A DNA stretch of 32,000 nt, taken from assembly GCF_000012925.1 (NCBI RefSeq), contig NC_007517.1, positions 2,880,001 to 2,912,000 on the forward strand. The letters run 5' to 3'. The notes beneath the pieces are model-generated. The model searched no databases and was not told the origin of the DNA. It was given only the letters and a program-made list of their open reading frames with translations. Positions within the stretch are counted from its first letter, which is position 1. Each line of letters starts with the position of its first letter. Of this stretch, positions 15,584-24,678 are shown in pieces. Source of the DNA: Geobacter metallireducens GS-15 (GTDB lineage Bacteria > Desulfobacterota > Desulfuromonadia > Geobacterales > Geobacteraceae). The translations under genes and the position numbers were made by a program.

Positions 15584-17224
15584 TCACATCAGTAAGGACA
15601 AAAGCACCTGGACAATGAGTATCTTCCCGATGGTTGCGACCGGGTAGACCGAGGCGTAGCCGATGTTGGGGAGATCGTTGCCGGTCTGCTCCAGGGCATA
15701 ACCGAGAACCGCGGGTTGGGTCTGGAGGCCGGCCACCATGCCGATGAGGATCCCCATGGGAATCTTGAGGATCCGGTGACCGACCCATAGGGTGGTAAGG
15801 GCTGCAAAGCAGGTGACCACCGCTCCTGCGGCGAAGATGGCGAACCCGCCACCCTTGGCAAGGGTGGAGACGAAGCCGTAGCCGGCCCGGGTGCCGATGC
15901 CGGCCAGGAAGAGGACGAGACCGATCTGGCGCAGTGTCATGTTGGCGCTGTAGGGGAGGCTCCAGATCATTCCTCCCGAGCGGCCGAGAGTTCCGAGGAC
16001 GAGCGCCACGATGAGGGGGCCGCCCGCAAAGCCGAGCTTGAGCGTCACCCCCCCCGGCAGGGGAAACGGCACGATGCCGAGCAACAGCCCCAGAGCAAGT
16101 CCCAGGCTGAAGGTAAGGATGTCCACTTCGGAAACCGCCCGGTAGGAGTCGCCGAACAGGGCCGTCACCTCCCCCATCCGATCCCGGTGGGTGACCACCC
16201 GGACCCGGTCCCCCAACTCCAGCACCATGTCGTCGTGGGGGAGGAAATCGTCGTCACCCCTCCGGACCCTGGTTACCGTGGCGCCGAACCGTTCGAAGAG
16301 ATTCAGGCTCCCCAGCCGCCGGCCGGCCACCCGCGGATTGGAGACGAAGATCCGCCGGTAGTCGAACTCGCTCCGGTCGACGGTAATCTCCTCTTCGCTC
16401 ACCTCGCCGAGAACCTCCGCCACATGCTGCAGTTCCACATCGGTACCGACCGCCAGCACCAGATCCCCCGGGCGGAAGCGGACCTCCGGCCCGGTCAGCA
16501 GACATTCATCCCCGCGCTTGATTCTGCCGAAAACCACGTCCCACTTTTGCTGATGAGAGAGTGCCGCAACGGTCTGTCGTCCGGCCTGGGGCCAAGTGAC
16601 CCGGATTGTTCTGGACCTCAGGCTTTCGGTGGCGGCGCCGGCGATCCTGGTCCGTGCCGCCTCTTCCGCGTAGTCGATCCGCCAGAGCTTCTGGACGAGG
16701 CTGATGGCGAGCACCACCCCCATAACCCCCATGGGATAGGCGATGGAGTAGCCCACGACCGGCTCGGCCAGGAGCTGTTCCATGAGATTTTGCGGCGCCA
16801 CGTGCTTGATGGTTTCAAGGGCGCCGGCAAGGGCCGGGGTATTGGTGAGACTGCCGGCGAAAAGGCCGGCGGTGATTGTGGCCGGAAGGGCAAGAAACCG
16901 CTGGGCAGCTACGGTGAGGGCCGCCGCGAGCACAAGAACGCCGAGAATGAGGAGGTTGTTCCGAACCCCGTCCTCCTTGAGCGACGCCACAAAGGCCGGC
17001 CCGCTGGCGAGCCCGATGGTATAGACAAAGAGGGCAAGCCCCAGGACATAGACAATTTCAGGGAGTTTCAGCTCCGGATGGAGCGCGCCGATGCCAAGGC
17101 CGACAAAGAGGACCGCCGCCACGCCGAGGCTCGACCCCCTGATCCGGATCCGGCCGAGGGGATACCCGATGGCGGCGACGACGAAGAGAAGAAGAAGCGG
17201 ATTGTCGATGAATATTTTGATCAT
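15584..17224 (-). CDS. YidE/YbjL (aspartate:alanine exchanger, AAE) family transporter with two central RCK_C/TrkA_C domains
   Basis: 546 aa. Two roughly 5-TM halves flank a soluble duplicated region (..VTWPQAGRQTVAAL..GDLVLAVG.. and ..VSNPRVAGRRLGSL..GDRVRVV..). Confidence 0.8.
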   Translation of the reverse strand: MIKIFIDNPLLLLFVVAAIGYPLGRIRIRGSSLGVAAVLFVGLGIGALHPELKLPEIVYVLGLALFVYTIGLASGPAFVASLKEDGVRNNLLILGVLVLAAALTVAAQRFLALPATITAGLFAGSLTNTPALAGALETIKHVAPQNLMEQLLAEPVVGYSIAYPMGVMGVVLAISLVQKLWRIDYAEEAARTRIAGAATESLRSRTIRVTWPQAGRQTVAALSHQQKWDVVFGRIKRGDECLLTGPEVRFRPGDLVLAVGTDVELQHVAEVLGEVSEEEITVDRSEFDYRRIFVSNPRVAGRRLGSLNLFERFGATVTRVRRGDDDFLPHDDMVLELGDRVRVVTHRDRMGEVTALFGDSYRAVSEVDILTFSLGLALGLLLGIVPFPLPGGVTLKLGFAGGPLIVALVLGTLGRSGGMIWSLPYSANMTLRQIGLVLFLAGIGTRAGYGFVSTLAKGGGFAIFAAGAVVTCFAALTTLWVGHRILKIPMGILIGMVAGLQTQPAVLGYALEQTGNDLPNIGYASVYPVATIGKILIVQVLLSLLM

Positions 17225-17230
17225 GGGAGG

Positions 17231-17653
17231 TCACATCCGCAAGGTCGGCTTGATGTTGTCGGGGACGAAGCTTTCCGCGATCCGCCACCCCCTTCCCGGC
17301 ACGTAGACCGGTTGGAGCCGACAGGCTATGAAGCCGAGGAGGTCAAAGGGCTCGGGGAGTTCGGGTTCGACCTTCACCACCCGGTAGCCAACCAGGTCCC
17401 CCACGGCAGGATGTCGGAGCGATTCCTTGAGGGTGCAGGCCTCGATCACTTTGCCACCCTCACGGTTGGCAAGCCGTATGAAAAAAAGCTGCTCTCCTTC
17501 CGGGCTCATCCCCCGCCGTTCCTCCACCAGGGCAGGGATAACCGCCTCCAGAAGAATCCGGTTCTCAAGGTTGCGGCACGCATAGTCAAAAGCCGCGTCG
17601 GTACTCCCGAACTCGATTGGCTCGCCGACCTTCTTTCTGAACAGCCCGAACAT
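17231..17653 (-). CDS. Hypothetical protein, 140 aa, no recognisable family
   Basis: Good SD AAGGGGGAA. Tightly packed between smr (9-nt gap) and the transporter (6-nt gap). Composition is protein-like. Confidence 0.65.
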   Translation of the reverse strand: MFGLFRKKVGEPIEFGSTDAAFDYACRNLENRILLEAVIPALVEERRGMSPEGEQLFFIRLANREGGKVIEACTLKESLRHPAVGDLVGYRVVKVEPELPEPFDLLGFIACRLQPVYVPGRGWRIAESFVPDNIKPTLRM

Positions 17654-17662
17654 GGTTCCCCC

Positions 17663-18391
17663 TTAATCGCCCTTCTTGCCCGGCGTCCTGAGAAAGACGA
17701 CAATGGCGCCGCTACCGCCCAGTTCCCGAGGGGCGGGGGCGAACTCGGCCACCTTCCCCTTCCCGCGCTCCCGAAGCCACGAAAGGACCGCGCCCTGGAG
17801 GACCGGCTCCCCCGGAGAGTTATTCCCTTTGCCGGTAATGACGAGAACCGCTTTCTGGTCGCGGCGATGGGCAGCGGCGATGAAGCTCTCCAGACTCTCC
17901 AAAGCTTCTTCCTTGGTAAGTCCGTGAAGGTCAAGCTCCAGGCCGACGCGGATCTGGCCGCTTTTCAGCTGCTTGAGTCGGCTCGTCGGACGGGGGGCCT
18001 CCCCCTTTTCTTCCGGCAGGTGGTCGCTGAAGGTGACATCGAGCCGCAGGTTCGAAATGGCGTTGGCAAACACACGGTGCTCTTCGGCCTCCTGCTGGCG
18101 GCGGATCTCTGCCGCCTCTGCCAGCTCGCGGGGCTCTGGTGCCTTCTCTCCCCCCTTCTTCGGCGAGGGTTCCGCTGCAGGACGGATCCGCCGCACGTCG
18201 GCCATCTCGCGCAGGAAAAGGGAGAGATCGTCGGGCTCGGCGGCTCGCTTTGGTGGTGGAGGGACGGGTGCCTTGGCCGGTGCCGCATCCCGAGCTGTGG
18301 CATCATCGGGTTTGAGCCCCTTGAGGGCAGCGAAGGGACGCGCCGCGAACTCCCTGGGCTTCTGTTCGGTTTTCGAACTCTTCTTTTTCAT
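17663..18391 (-). CDS. Smr-domain protein (SmrB/MutS2-C-terminal-type endonuclease domain)
   Basis: C-terminal LDLHGLTKEEALESL...VLVITGKGNNS...LQGAVLSWL is the Smr signature. The ATG overlaps the upstream stop (ATGA at 18388-18391). Confidence 0.85.
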   Translation of the reverse strand: MKKKSSKTEQKPREFAARPFAALKGLKPDDATARDAAPAKAPVPPPPKRAAEPDDLSLFLREMADVRRIRPAAEPSPKKGGEKAPEPRELAEAAEIRRQQEAEEHRVFANAISNLRLDVTFSDHLPEEKGEAPRPTSRLKQLKSGQIRVGLELDLHGLTKEEALESLESFIAAAHRRDQKAVLVITGKGNNSPGEPVLQGAVLSWLRERGKGKVAEFAPAPRELGGSGAIVVFLRTPGKKGD

Positions 18392-19266
18392 GGGCGGTCA
18401 GGCGCATCCCGGGGAACGAGGACAATCTCGATCCGGCGGTTCTTCGCCCTCCCCTCCTCGGTGTCATTGGAAGCCACCGGACGGTATTCGCCGTTGGCCA
18501 CCGCCACGAGGACCGTCGGGTCTATGCCCTGACCCTGGAGATAGCGCGCCACATTAATGGCCCGGGCCGCCGAAAGCTCCCAGTTGGTGGGGAAGCGTTT
18601 TGTCAGGTTGCCGACAATCTGGACGTTGTCCGTGTGTCCTTCGATACGGATCATCTTGTCCTGAACCCCCTTCAGGATATCAACCACCTTCGCGAGAACC
18701 TCCATCCCCCCCTGTTTCACCTCCGCCTTGCCTGAATCGAAGAGGATGGCATCCACCATGTTGACCGTCAGTTTCCCCTTGAGTTCGGAAATCGTCACCT
18801 GCCCCTGGGCGATCTCCCCCTTCATGCGGTCAAGGAGATCTTCGTAGGTTTTGCTTACCTCCCGGACTTTCTCCTCCCTGGCTTTACGGGTTTCGGCGAT
18901 CTCCGCCTTGAGCCGGGTGTTCTCGGTCTCCAGGTCCGTCACCTTCTGCCTCAGATCGGCGACACTCTGTGACAGGGTATCGGTCTTGGCGCGAAGCACC
19001 TGTTCAAGCTCTTTATTGTCAGCGCCGAGCTTCTCCTTCTCCTTTGCCAGCCCGGCCGCCTCCTCCCTCACCTTGGCAAGCTGAGCCTTCAAGGCGCCAT
19101 TCTCGGCTGAGAGTTTCTGATGCATTTCCTGAAGGGTGGCGGCTTCCCGGCCGAGGGTATCGGCCTCCTCCGCTTTCTTCAGGTATGTACTCTCGGCCAC
19201 AAGGCACCCTGAGAGTGAAAGGCTGGTGAACGCCAGCAGCATTAGAATCACAATCCGCTTTGCCAT
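18388..19266 (-). CDS. OmpA/MotB-family peptidoglycan-binding lipoprotein with long coiled-coil
   Basis: Lipobox LSLSGC, roughly 130 aa of heptad-rich E/K/A/L sequence, and a C-terminal OmpA_C-like domain (GHTDN...NWELSAARA...NRRIEIVL). I place the start at the ATG at 19266, behind SD GAGGAGG, rather than at 19305. Confidence 0.85.
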   Translation of the reverse strand: MAKRIVILMLLAFTSLSLSGCLVAESTYLKKAEEADTLGREAATLQEMHQKLSAENGALKAQLAKVREEAAGLAKEKEKLGADNKELEQVLRAKTDTLSQSVADLRQKVTDLETENTRLKAEIAETRKAREEKVREVSKTYEDLLDRMKGEIAQGQVTISELKGKLTVNMVDAILFDSGKAEVKQGGMEVLAKVVDILKGVQDKMIRIEGHTDNVQIVGNLTKRFPTNWELSAARAINVARYLQGQGIDPTVLVAVANGEYRPVASNDTEEGRAKNRRIEIVLVPRDAPDRP

Positions 19267-19320
19267 TAAAACCTCCTCGGGTACGGAAAAAACCGCAATG
19301 CGCAACGCATCACGGCACGG

Positions 19321-20535
19321 TCATGAGAAAATATACACCGGCACCACGGCCGCCGCAAGCACTAGGGCCTGGGGAATCCAAAGACGACGGAAGACCCGGG
19401 CCATGTCAGCCCCGAAGTATTCCCCCGTCAGCACGAGACAGAGATGGACCGGCGAGAGCATCACCCCGGCGAAACCGCTGCCAAAGGCGAGGGAAAGAAG
19501 CCCCAGGGAGGGAATGTCTCCCCCCATGAGCGGCATCAGGATGGGAAAGGTGATCCCAACGAAGGCCACGGTAAGCCCCGTCATGACCCCCGCCAGGAAC
19601 GGAATGGCCGTAATGATGAAGAGCACTGGCAGGCCGCTCGCCACGAAAAAATGCGATATCCCGTCCAGGGCTCCGGTGAGACGCAGGGTTTCCTGGAAGA
19701 TCATGATCCCGAAAATAAGGGAAAGGGCCTTGACGGAGACACTCTCCCTCAGTGTCGTCACAATTCTGGCCGGTCCGTAGCGGTGAACCGCAAAAAGAAG
19801 CGCTGTCATTCCCCCCATGGCCACCACCGGATTGACCTGCAGCACCACCACAAAGATGAGCGTCGCCAGAATGGGCGCCACTGAAATGATAAAGGTGCTG
19901 AGCGCCCGTCGCTTGCCCACCGTTTCCCCCACGGGCACCGGTGCGGAACCGACTCCCCGGAAGCAGAAGATGACTCCCCAGAAGATCACGGAAACGGCAA
20001 AGGCGCTGTTCGCCAGAACGATCTTCTGGTAGGGAATGCGCGAGAGCCCCGCCACCAGGATAATGCCGGGATAGAGGGGTGAGATGTATTCCCAGGGGTG
20101 ACGGTACCAGTAGTTGATGAACGCCTTCTGGTCAGCGGGGAGCGTCAGGTGGGCAGAGGCCTCCCGCACCATGGGGGCCGAGAAGACCGCTCCCCCCGGG
20201 GAAGGAAGCATCCCGATCATGGCAGGCATGGCGGCCATGATGAGGCGGGAATCGGGGAGAACCTCCGAAAGGCTCGCCACCATCCGCCTCAGGGTACCGG
20301 TCGTGCGGAGGATATGCTCCATGATCATGGTAAAGACAAGGGTGGCCGTCATCTCCAGAGACTTCGGAGACGCAAGGGCTACCCATGCCCCGCCAAGAAA
20401 CTTGAGCGGCGGCGTGAGGTAGGAGAATGCCAGGAACGCCGCCCCCAGGGCCATGACCGCTCCCAGGTGCCACCTGCGGCGCACCATCACGACCACAGCG
20501 ACGAGGACGGCGAGGGTTTTCAGGAGATCAATCAT
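19321..20535 (-). CDS. Polytopic membrane permease, ion-transporter-superfamily-like (possibly DUF401 family)
   Basis: 404 aa with at least 10 hydrophobic segments. The family name comes from memory of similar proteins and is unverified. No obvious SD. Confidence 0.55.
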   Translation of the reverse strand: MIDLLKTLAVLVAVVVMVRRRWHLGAVMALGAAFLAFSYLTPPLKFLGGAWVALASPKSLEMTATLVFTMIMEHILRTTGTLRRMVASLSEVLPDSRLIMAAMPAMIGMLPSPGGAVFSAPMVREASAHLTLPADQKAFINYWYRHPWEYISPLYPGIILVAGLSRIPYQKIVLANSAFAVSVIFWGVIFCFRGVGSAPVPVGETVGKRRALSTFIISVAPILATLIFVVVLQVNPVVAMGGMTALLFAVHRYGPARIVTTLRESVSVKALSLIFGIMIFQETLRLTGALDGISHFFVASGLPVLFIITAIPFLAGVMTGLTVAFVGITFPILMPLMGGDIPSLGLLSLAFGSGFAGVMLSPVHLCLVLTGEYFGADMARVFRRLWIPQALVLAAAVVPVYIFS

Positions 20536-20550
20536 GCACCGTACCGATCA

Positions 20551-20584
20551 AAAGGAAAAAGGGACGCCAAAACCGTCCCTTTTT
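20551..20584 (-). terminator. Bidirectional-looking Rho-independent terminator after the TPR gene
   Basis: GGGACG-ccaaaac-CGTCCC (20561-20579) is flanked by an A-run on one side and a T-run on the other. On the minus strand it reads hairpin then TTTTTCCTTTT. Confidence 0.6.
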
Positions 20585-20615
20585 CCGTAATTACACTGTA
20601 TGCCTCCGAGAGCGG

Positions 20616-21347
20616 CTATCTCCTGACCACCCGCCTCTTCATCCCCCCCATGGCCGCCATCTGCTGCTTCATGACGACACCCTGGCGCTCCAGGTGGAAC
20701 TGCAGCCACATCTCGCCGTAGACCTTCATCTTCATCTTCTTCGTCTCTTCGAGGGACTCCAGATTCGCCTTCAGCTTCTCGTCGCCGGGGAGCTTCTTGA
20801 GTCCCCGTTCCAGAACCGCCTTGGCCTGGCCGATGTCGTCGCACTCGGTCCAGCAGTAGGCGTAGAGCGCCCAGAGAAGGGACTCCTTGGGGCTCCACTG
20901 GACCGCCTTCTCAAAGGTTTCCTTCATCTTGTCGCGCTTGTTCCGCTTCATGTAGGTGACGGCCAGCATCCCCATGGAGACCCAGTTCTTGGCGAAGGAC
21001 TTTTCCAGATAGGGAAACGCGGTTGAGAAGTCCCGCTTCAGAAAATAGATCATGCCGATCTGGGAGTTGATCTGACCATCCACGTACATCTGCCACTTGC
21101 CGTACTTGAATGCCTCCTTAAGCTCGCGGATCGCCTTGTCCACCCGCTGGGCCTGGATGTCGCGGTTGGCGGTCTCCATGATCTCCAGGATCTTCTTCAT
21201 GATGACGCGGGAGATGAGAAGGAACGAGGCGCCGAACAGGATGAGCCCCACGAGAATGGCCCACCACCAGGCCGACGATCCCGCAGCGATGAAGATGATG
21301 ATGATTGCAATGAGGGCGATGCCGCCGGAGATCAGGAAGTTATACAT
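20616..21347 (-). CDS. Membrane-anchored TPR-repeat protein
   Basis: Two N-terminal TM helices, then TPR-like helical repeats (..AIRELKEAFKYGKW.., ..AFPYLEKSFAKN.., ..ETFEKAVQWSPKE.., ..AKAVLERGLKKLP..). Confidence 0.65.
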   Translation of the reverse strand: MYNFLISGGIALIAIIIIFIAAGSSAWWWAILVGLILFGASFLLISRVIMKKILEIMETANRDIQAQRVDKAIRELKEAFKYGKWQMYVDGQINSQIGMIYFLKRDFSTAFPYLEKSFAKNWVSMGMLAVTYMKRNKRDKMKETFEKAVQWSPKESLLWALYAYCWTECDDIGQAKAVLERGLKKLPGDEKLKANLESLEETKKMKMKVYGEMWLQFHLERQGVVMKQQMAAMGGMKRRVVRR

Positions 21348-21388
21348 AAAAATTCATGTCCTTTCATGCTGCGTAGAGCTTGGCCTGT

Positions 21389-22888
21389 TTATCCGTTGTC
21401 GTCGCCGCCGGACACCGGAACCATGGAACCCTTCTTCTCCACGTACTTGGCAACGATGATCCGCTTGCCGGGACGAAGGGCAAGTTTTCCCTTCAGGCTG
21501 TTCCAGGCGGTGAGAATGCGGGACGAGATATTGAATTTCTTTGAAAGCGACGCAATCGTGTCGCCCTTTTTCACGGTGTAGTACTTGTTGAACCCCTTGG
21601 CGCTCTCCTTGCGCGAAACATCGGCCTTCGCGGTCTGGACCGCCGGCTCCCTGTCGGCAACCACCGGCACAAGGAGGGTCCGCCCCCGCACCTTGGCGGA
21701 GAGCTTCAGCTTGTTCACCTCGGCCAGGGCCTGGGGGGTGGTGCCGTAACGGCTGGCGATTGACGCGAGGGTATCCCTTTTCTTGGCCCGGTAGCGGGTG
21801 TAAACAACCCGCTCGGCGTAGCGCTGACCTTCGGGAAGTTGCGCATAGGCCTGCTCAAAGGCCCTCTTCTTGCCAACGGGAATCTTAAGCTCGTAGCCGG
21901 GGTAGTCCGGGGGAGTGCACCAGCGGCGCAGTTCAGGATTCAGCTCCTTGACGACCTGATAGTCCACATTGCAGAGCTTCGCCGCCACCTCCAGATCGGT
22001 GCGGGAGGGAATCGTCACCGTGTCGAACTCGATGGGAGGAAGGTAGGCAACGTCGGCAAAGCCATAACGGGCCGGTTCCTTGGCGATAATGGCGGCGGCC
22101 AGGAGTTTCGGCACGTACTCCTTGGTTTCCCGCTTCAGATATGAACCCTTGGAGATCTCCCAGAAGTCGCGGGTATTGTACCGATCAATGGCCCGCAGGA
22201 TTTTGTTCTCCCCCGCGTTGTACCCTGCTGCCGCCAGGTACCAGTCGTTGTTGAACATGGCGTAGAGCTCTTTCAGGTACAGGGCCGCCGCCACCGTCGA
22301 CTTGAGGGGATCCCGCCGCTCGTCGATCCACTGGTCTATCCGCAGATCATAGCGTTTCCCGGTGCCGGAGATGAACTGCCACGGCCCCACGGCGCTAGCC
22401 ACCGACACCGCGTGGGGGGTGAAGCCGCTCTCGATCATGGCGAGGTAGACCAGATCCTCGGGAAGGCCGTTTTTCTTGAGGACTTCCTTCATCATCGGAA
22501 TATAGCGTTCGGAGCGGGAAAGCCAGCGGGTAAAAGACTTGCGGCCGGATGACTGGAAGTAGCGGATGAAGTACTCCACCTGGCCGTTGAGGGTAAGCGG
22601 AATATCCGAGTCGGGGAGCGGACCCTCGGGAATCTTCAGTTCAAAGTCGTTTTCGGCGGCTCCCTGGTCTTCGATGACGACCAGGTCTCCCATGGAGGGC
22701 TCAAGGGAACCGGACCTGCGGCCGGGGCGAGAGTCGAACCCGGAGGGAACGGCTCCCGAAAGGTCGGGAAGCGAGGAGGAATTACCCAGCGCGGCCAGTT
22801 CCTTGAGGGGTGAGTTACGGGGTTCCGATGCCAGGGCGGGAAGAACCGGAAAGAGACATAGAACGAGGAGGAGAAGAGCTTTTTTCAT
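21389..22888 (-). CDS. Membrane-bound lytic murein transglycosylase (MltD-like: SLT domain plus two LysM domains)
   Basis: Signal peptide MKKALLLLVLCLFPVLPALA, SLT catalytic block LAMIESGF...AVGPWQF...AAYNAG, and two C-terminal LysM repeats (YRAKKRDTLASIASRYG.., YTVKKGDTIASLSKKFN..). I place the start at the ATG at 22888 behind GGAAGG. The track start at 23035 would overlap hflX. Confidence 0.88.
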   Translation of the reverse strand: MKKALLLLVLCLFPVLPALASEPRNSPLKELAALGNSSSLPDLSGAVPSGFDSRPGRRSGSLEPSMGDLVVIEDQGAAENDFELKIPEGPLPDSDIPLTLNGQVEYFIRYFQSSGRKSFTRWLSRSERYIPMMKEVLKKNGLPEDLVYLAMIESGFTPHAVSVASAVGPWQFISGTGKRYDLRIDQWIDERRDPLKSTVAAALYLKELYAMFNNDWYLAAAGYNAGENKILRAIDRYNTRDFWEISKGSYLKRETKEYVPKLLAAAIIAKEPARYGFADVAYLPPIEFDTVTIPSRTDLEVAAKLCNVDYQVVKELNPELRRWCTPPDYPGYELKIPVGKKRAFEQAYAQLPEGQRYAERVVYTRYRAKKRDTLASIASRYGTTPQALAEVNKLKLSAKVRGRTLLVPVVADREPAVQTAKADVSRKESAKGFNKYYTVKKGDTIASLSKKFNISSRILTAWNSLKGKLALRPGKRIIVAKYVEKKGSMVPVSGGDDNG

Positions 22889-22976
22889 GAGAAACCTTCC
22901 ACGCATGGCCATAACGACCGGATGTGGGAAGTAGTGCCGGACGGAACCCGCATTATAGGGAATCGGGGCATTGGTG

Positions 22977-24539
22977 TCAAGATTGGGGGGATGAAGGCCA
23001 GAAACGGCGCTCCATTTCCTGGAGAAGCGACTCAAGGCTTGACGGATTCGTGGCGCTGACGGTGATGGCGTTGAAGCGCCGGGATAGCTGGCGGACCTTC
23101 ATGAAGCCGAGGGGGCTCTTTTTCTTCAACTCCGGTAGAATATCTACTTTGTTGAAGACCATGAGCCGTTGCTTGTCCCCCAGGTCCAGTTCCTCCAGGA
23201 TCGTCTCCACCTGGTGGATCTGCTCCTCCACGCGGGGATTGGTACAGTCCACCAGATGGAGCAGGAGGTCAGCGTCCTGCAGCTCCTCAAGGGTAGCCTT
23301 GAAAGCTCCCATGAGGGACTTGGGAAGGGAGCGGATAAAGCCGACCGTATCAGTGATGATCACCTCCCGTTCCCGGGGGAAGCGGAGCCGCCGGGTCGAG
23401 GTGTCGAGGGTGGCGAAGAGGAGGTTTTCGGTGAAGACGTGGCTCCGGGTGAGGGCATTGAGAAGGGTCGATTTCCCGGCGTTGGTGTAGCCGACGATGG
23501 AGACGATGGGGAGCCCGGCCCGCACCCGTTTCTGGCGGCGCTGCTGGCGTCCCCGCGACAACTCTTCAAGCTCCCGCTCCAGCTTCGCGATCCGATCGCG
23601 GATTCGCCGCCGATCCGTCTCCAGCTTCGTTTCGCCGGGGCCCCTGCCGCCGATCCCCCCCATGAGGCGCGACATCTGCACTCCCCGCCCGGTGAGGCGG
23701 GGGAGGATGTATTTGAGCTGGGCCAGCTCCACCTGCACCTTTCCGTCGAGGCTCGTGGCCCGGCGGGCGAAGATGTCGAGGATGAGCTGGCTCCGGTCGA
23801 TGACCTTGAGTTCGGTCATCTCGGAGATGGAGCGAACCTGGGCCGGGGAAAGCTCCTGGTCGAAGATGAGGATCGTCGCCCCCAACTGGAGCGCCCGGAT
23901 CACCACCTCCCGCATTTTCCCCTCCCCCATGAGGTAGCGGGGGTTGAACTGCCGGGGGCGTTGGATCACCACGTCGAGGACGGCAACCCCGGCGGTGCGG
24001 GCCAGTTCCTTGAGCTCTTCCAGGGAGTCCTCGGCCTCCTCGCGGGACTCTTTCGTGACCGAGATGAGAATGGCCCGCTCTCCCGAAGCAGCAACCTCGC
24101 GCGCCTCGGTGGCCACCGCCTTCTCCAGCTCCCGCTCCAGGTGCGATACCGAGGAACCGAAATCCATGCGGAAGGTGGCAAGGGGTTCGGACGCCTCCAC
24201 CCGGTAGGGATGAGCGGCGCCGGCGGTGGGGGTGAGGGAGGCGGTCTGGATAGCGACCCGGCGGTCGTCCGGGTGAATCTGGAGGATCGCCATGAGGTCG
24301 AAGCGCAGGAGCGCCAGGTCGGTCAGGTCGTCCTCGGAGAAGGACTCCCCCTTGAGGTGGGTGTGGATGTAGCGGAGCCCCCGCAACAGGCGGCGCCCCA
24401 AAGGGTAATCGGAGAGTTCGGGGATGAATATCCCTTTCTCGTCGCCGATAATGACATACTCCACGGCCCCGTGACGGTCGATGAGAACACCGATCTGCCG
24501 CCGGATCTCCCGCGAGATCTCCACCATCCGCCCTGCCAA
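22977..24539 (-). CDS. hflX: GTPase HflX, long form with an N-terminal extension of about 140 aa (true start probably further upstream, see findings)
   Basis: HflX N-domain, coiled linker and G-domain (GYTNAGKSTLLNALT, DTVGF, NKVD). The listed start at 24539 is a TTG with no SD. The frame remains open and protein-like up to 24662. Confidence 0.9.
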   Translation of the reverse strand: MAGRMVEISREIRRQIGVLIDRHGAVEYVIIGDEKGIFIPELSDYPLGRRLLRGLRYIHTHLKGESFSEDDLTDLALLRFDLMAILQIHPDDRRVAIQTASLTPTAGAAHPYRVEASEPLATFRMDFGSSVSHLERELEKAVATEAREVAASGERAILISVTKESREEAEDSLEELKELARTAGVAVLDVVIQRPRQFNPRYLMGEGKMREVVIRALQLGATILIFDQELSPAQVRSISEMTELKVIDRSQLILDIFARRATSLDGKVQVELAQLKYILPRLTGRGVQMSRLMGGIGGRGPGETKLETDRRRIRDRIAKLERELEELSRGRQQRRQKRVRAGLPIVSIVGYTNAGKSTLLNALTRSHVFTENLLFATLDTSTRRLRFPREREVIITDTVGFIRSLPKSLMGAFKATLEELQDADLLLHLVDCTNPRVEEQIHQVETILEELDLGDKQRLMVFNKVDILPELKKKSPLGFMKVRQLSRRFNAITVSATNPSSLESLLQEMERRFWPSSPQS

Positions 24540-24678
24540 CTCGGCGGTGATGAGCTCGTCGGGGGGGACGCGGCGCCGGTAGAGCCGCTCCAGGGATGCG
24601 ATCTGATTCGGCTTCAGGCCGATGAGGTTGCCGTGCAGCTGTTTGATATTCGTTCTCCGCCTTTACCGGTTCCCGGTA

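Noticed and set aside
15575-15586. Convergent stops of the MAT and transporter genes only 6 nt apart without a terminator
   Set aside because: The observation is real but is common in compact genomes. There is no specific structure to report.
16187-18532. 781-aa ORF on the + strand
   Set aside because: It runs antisense across four well-supported minus-strand genes (transporter, unknown, smr, ompA-like). It has no RBS and no motifs.
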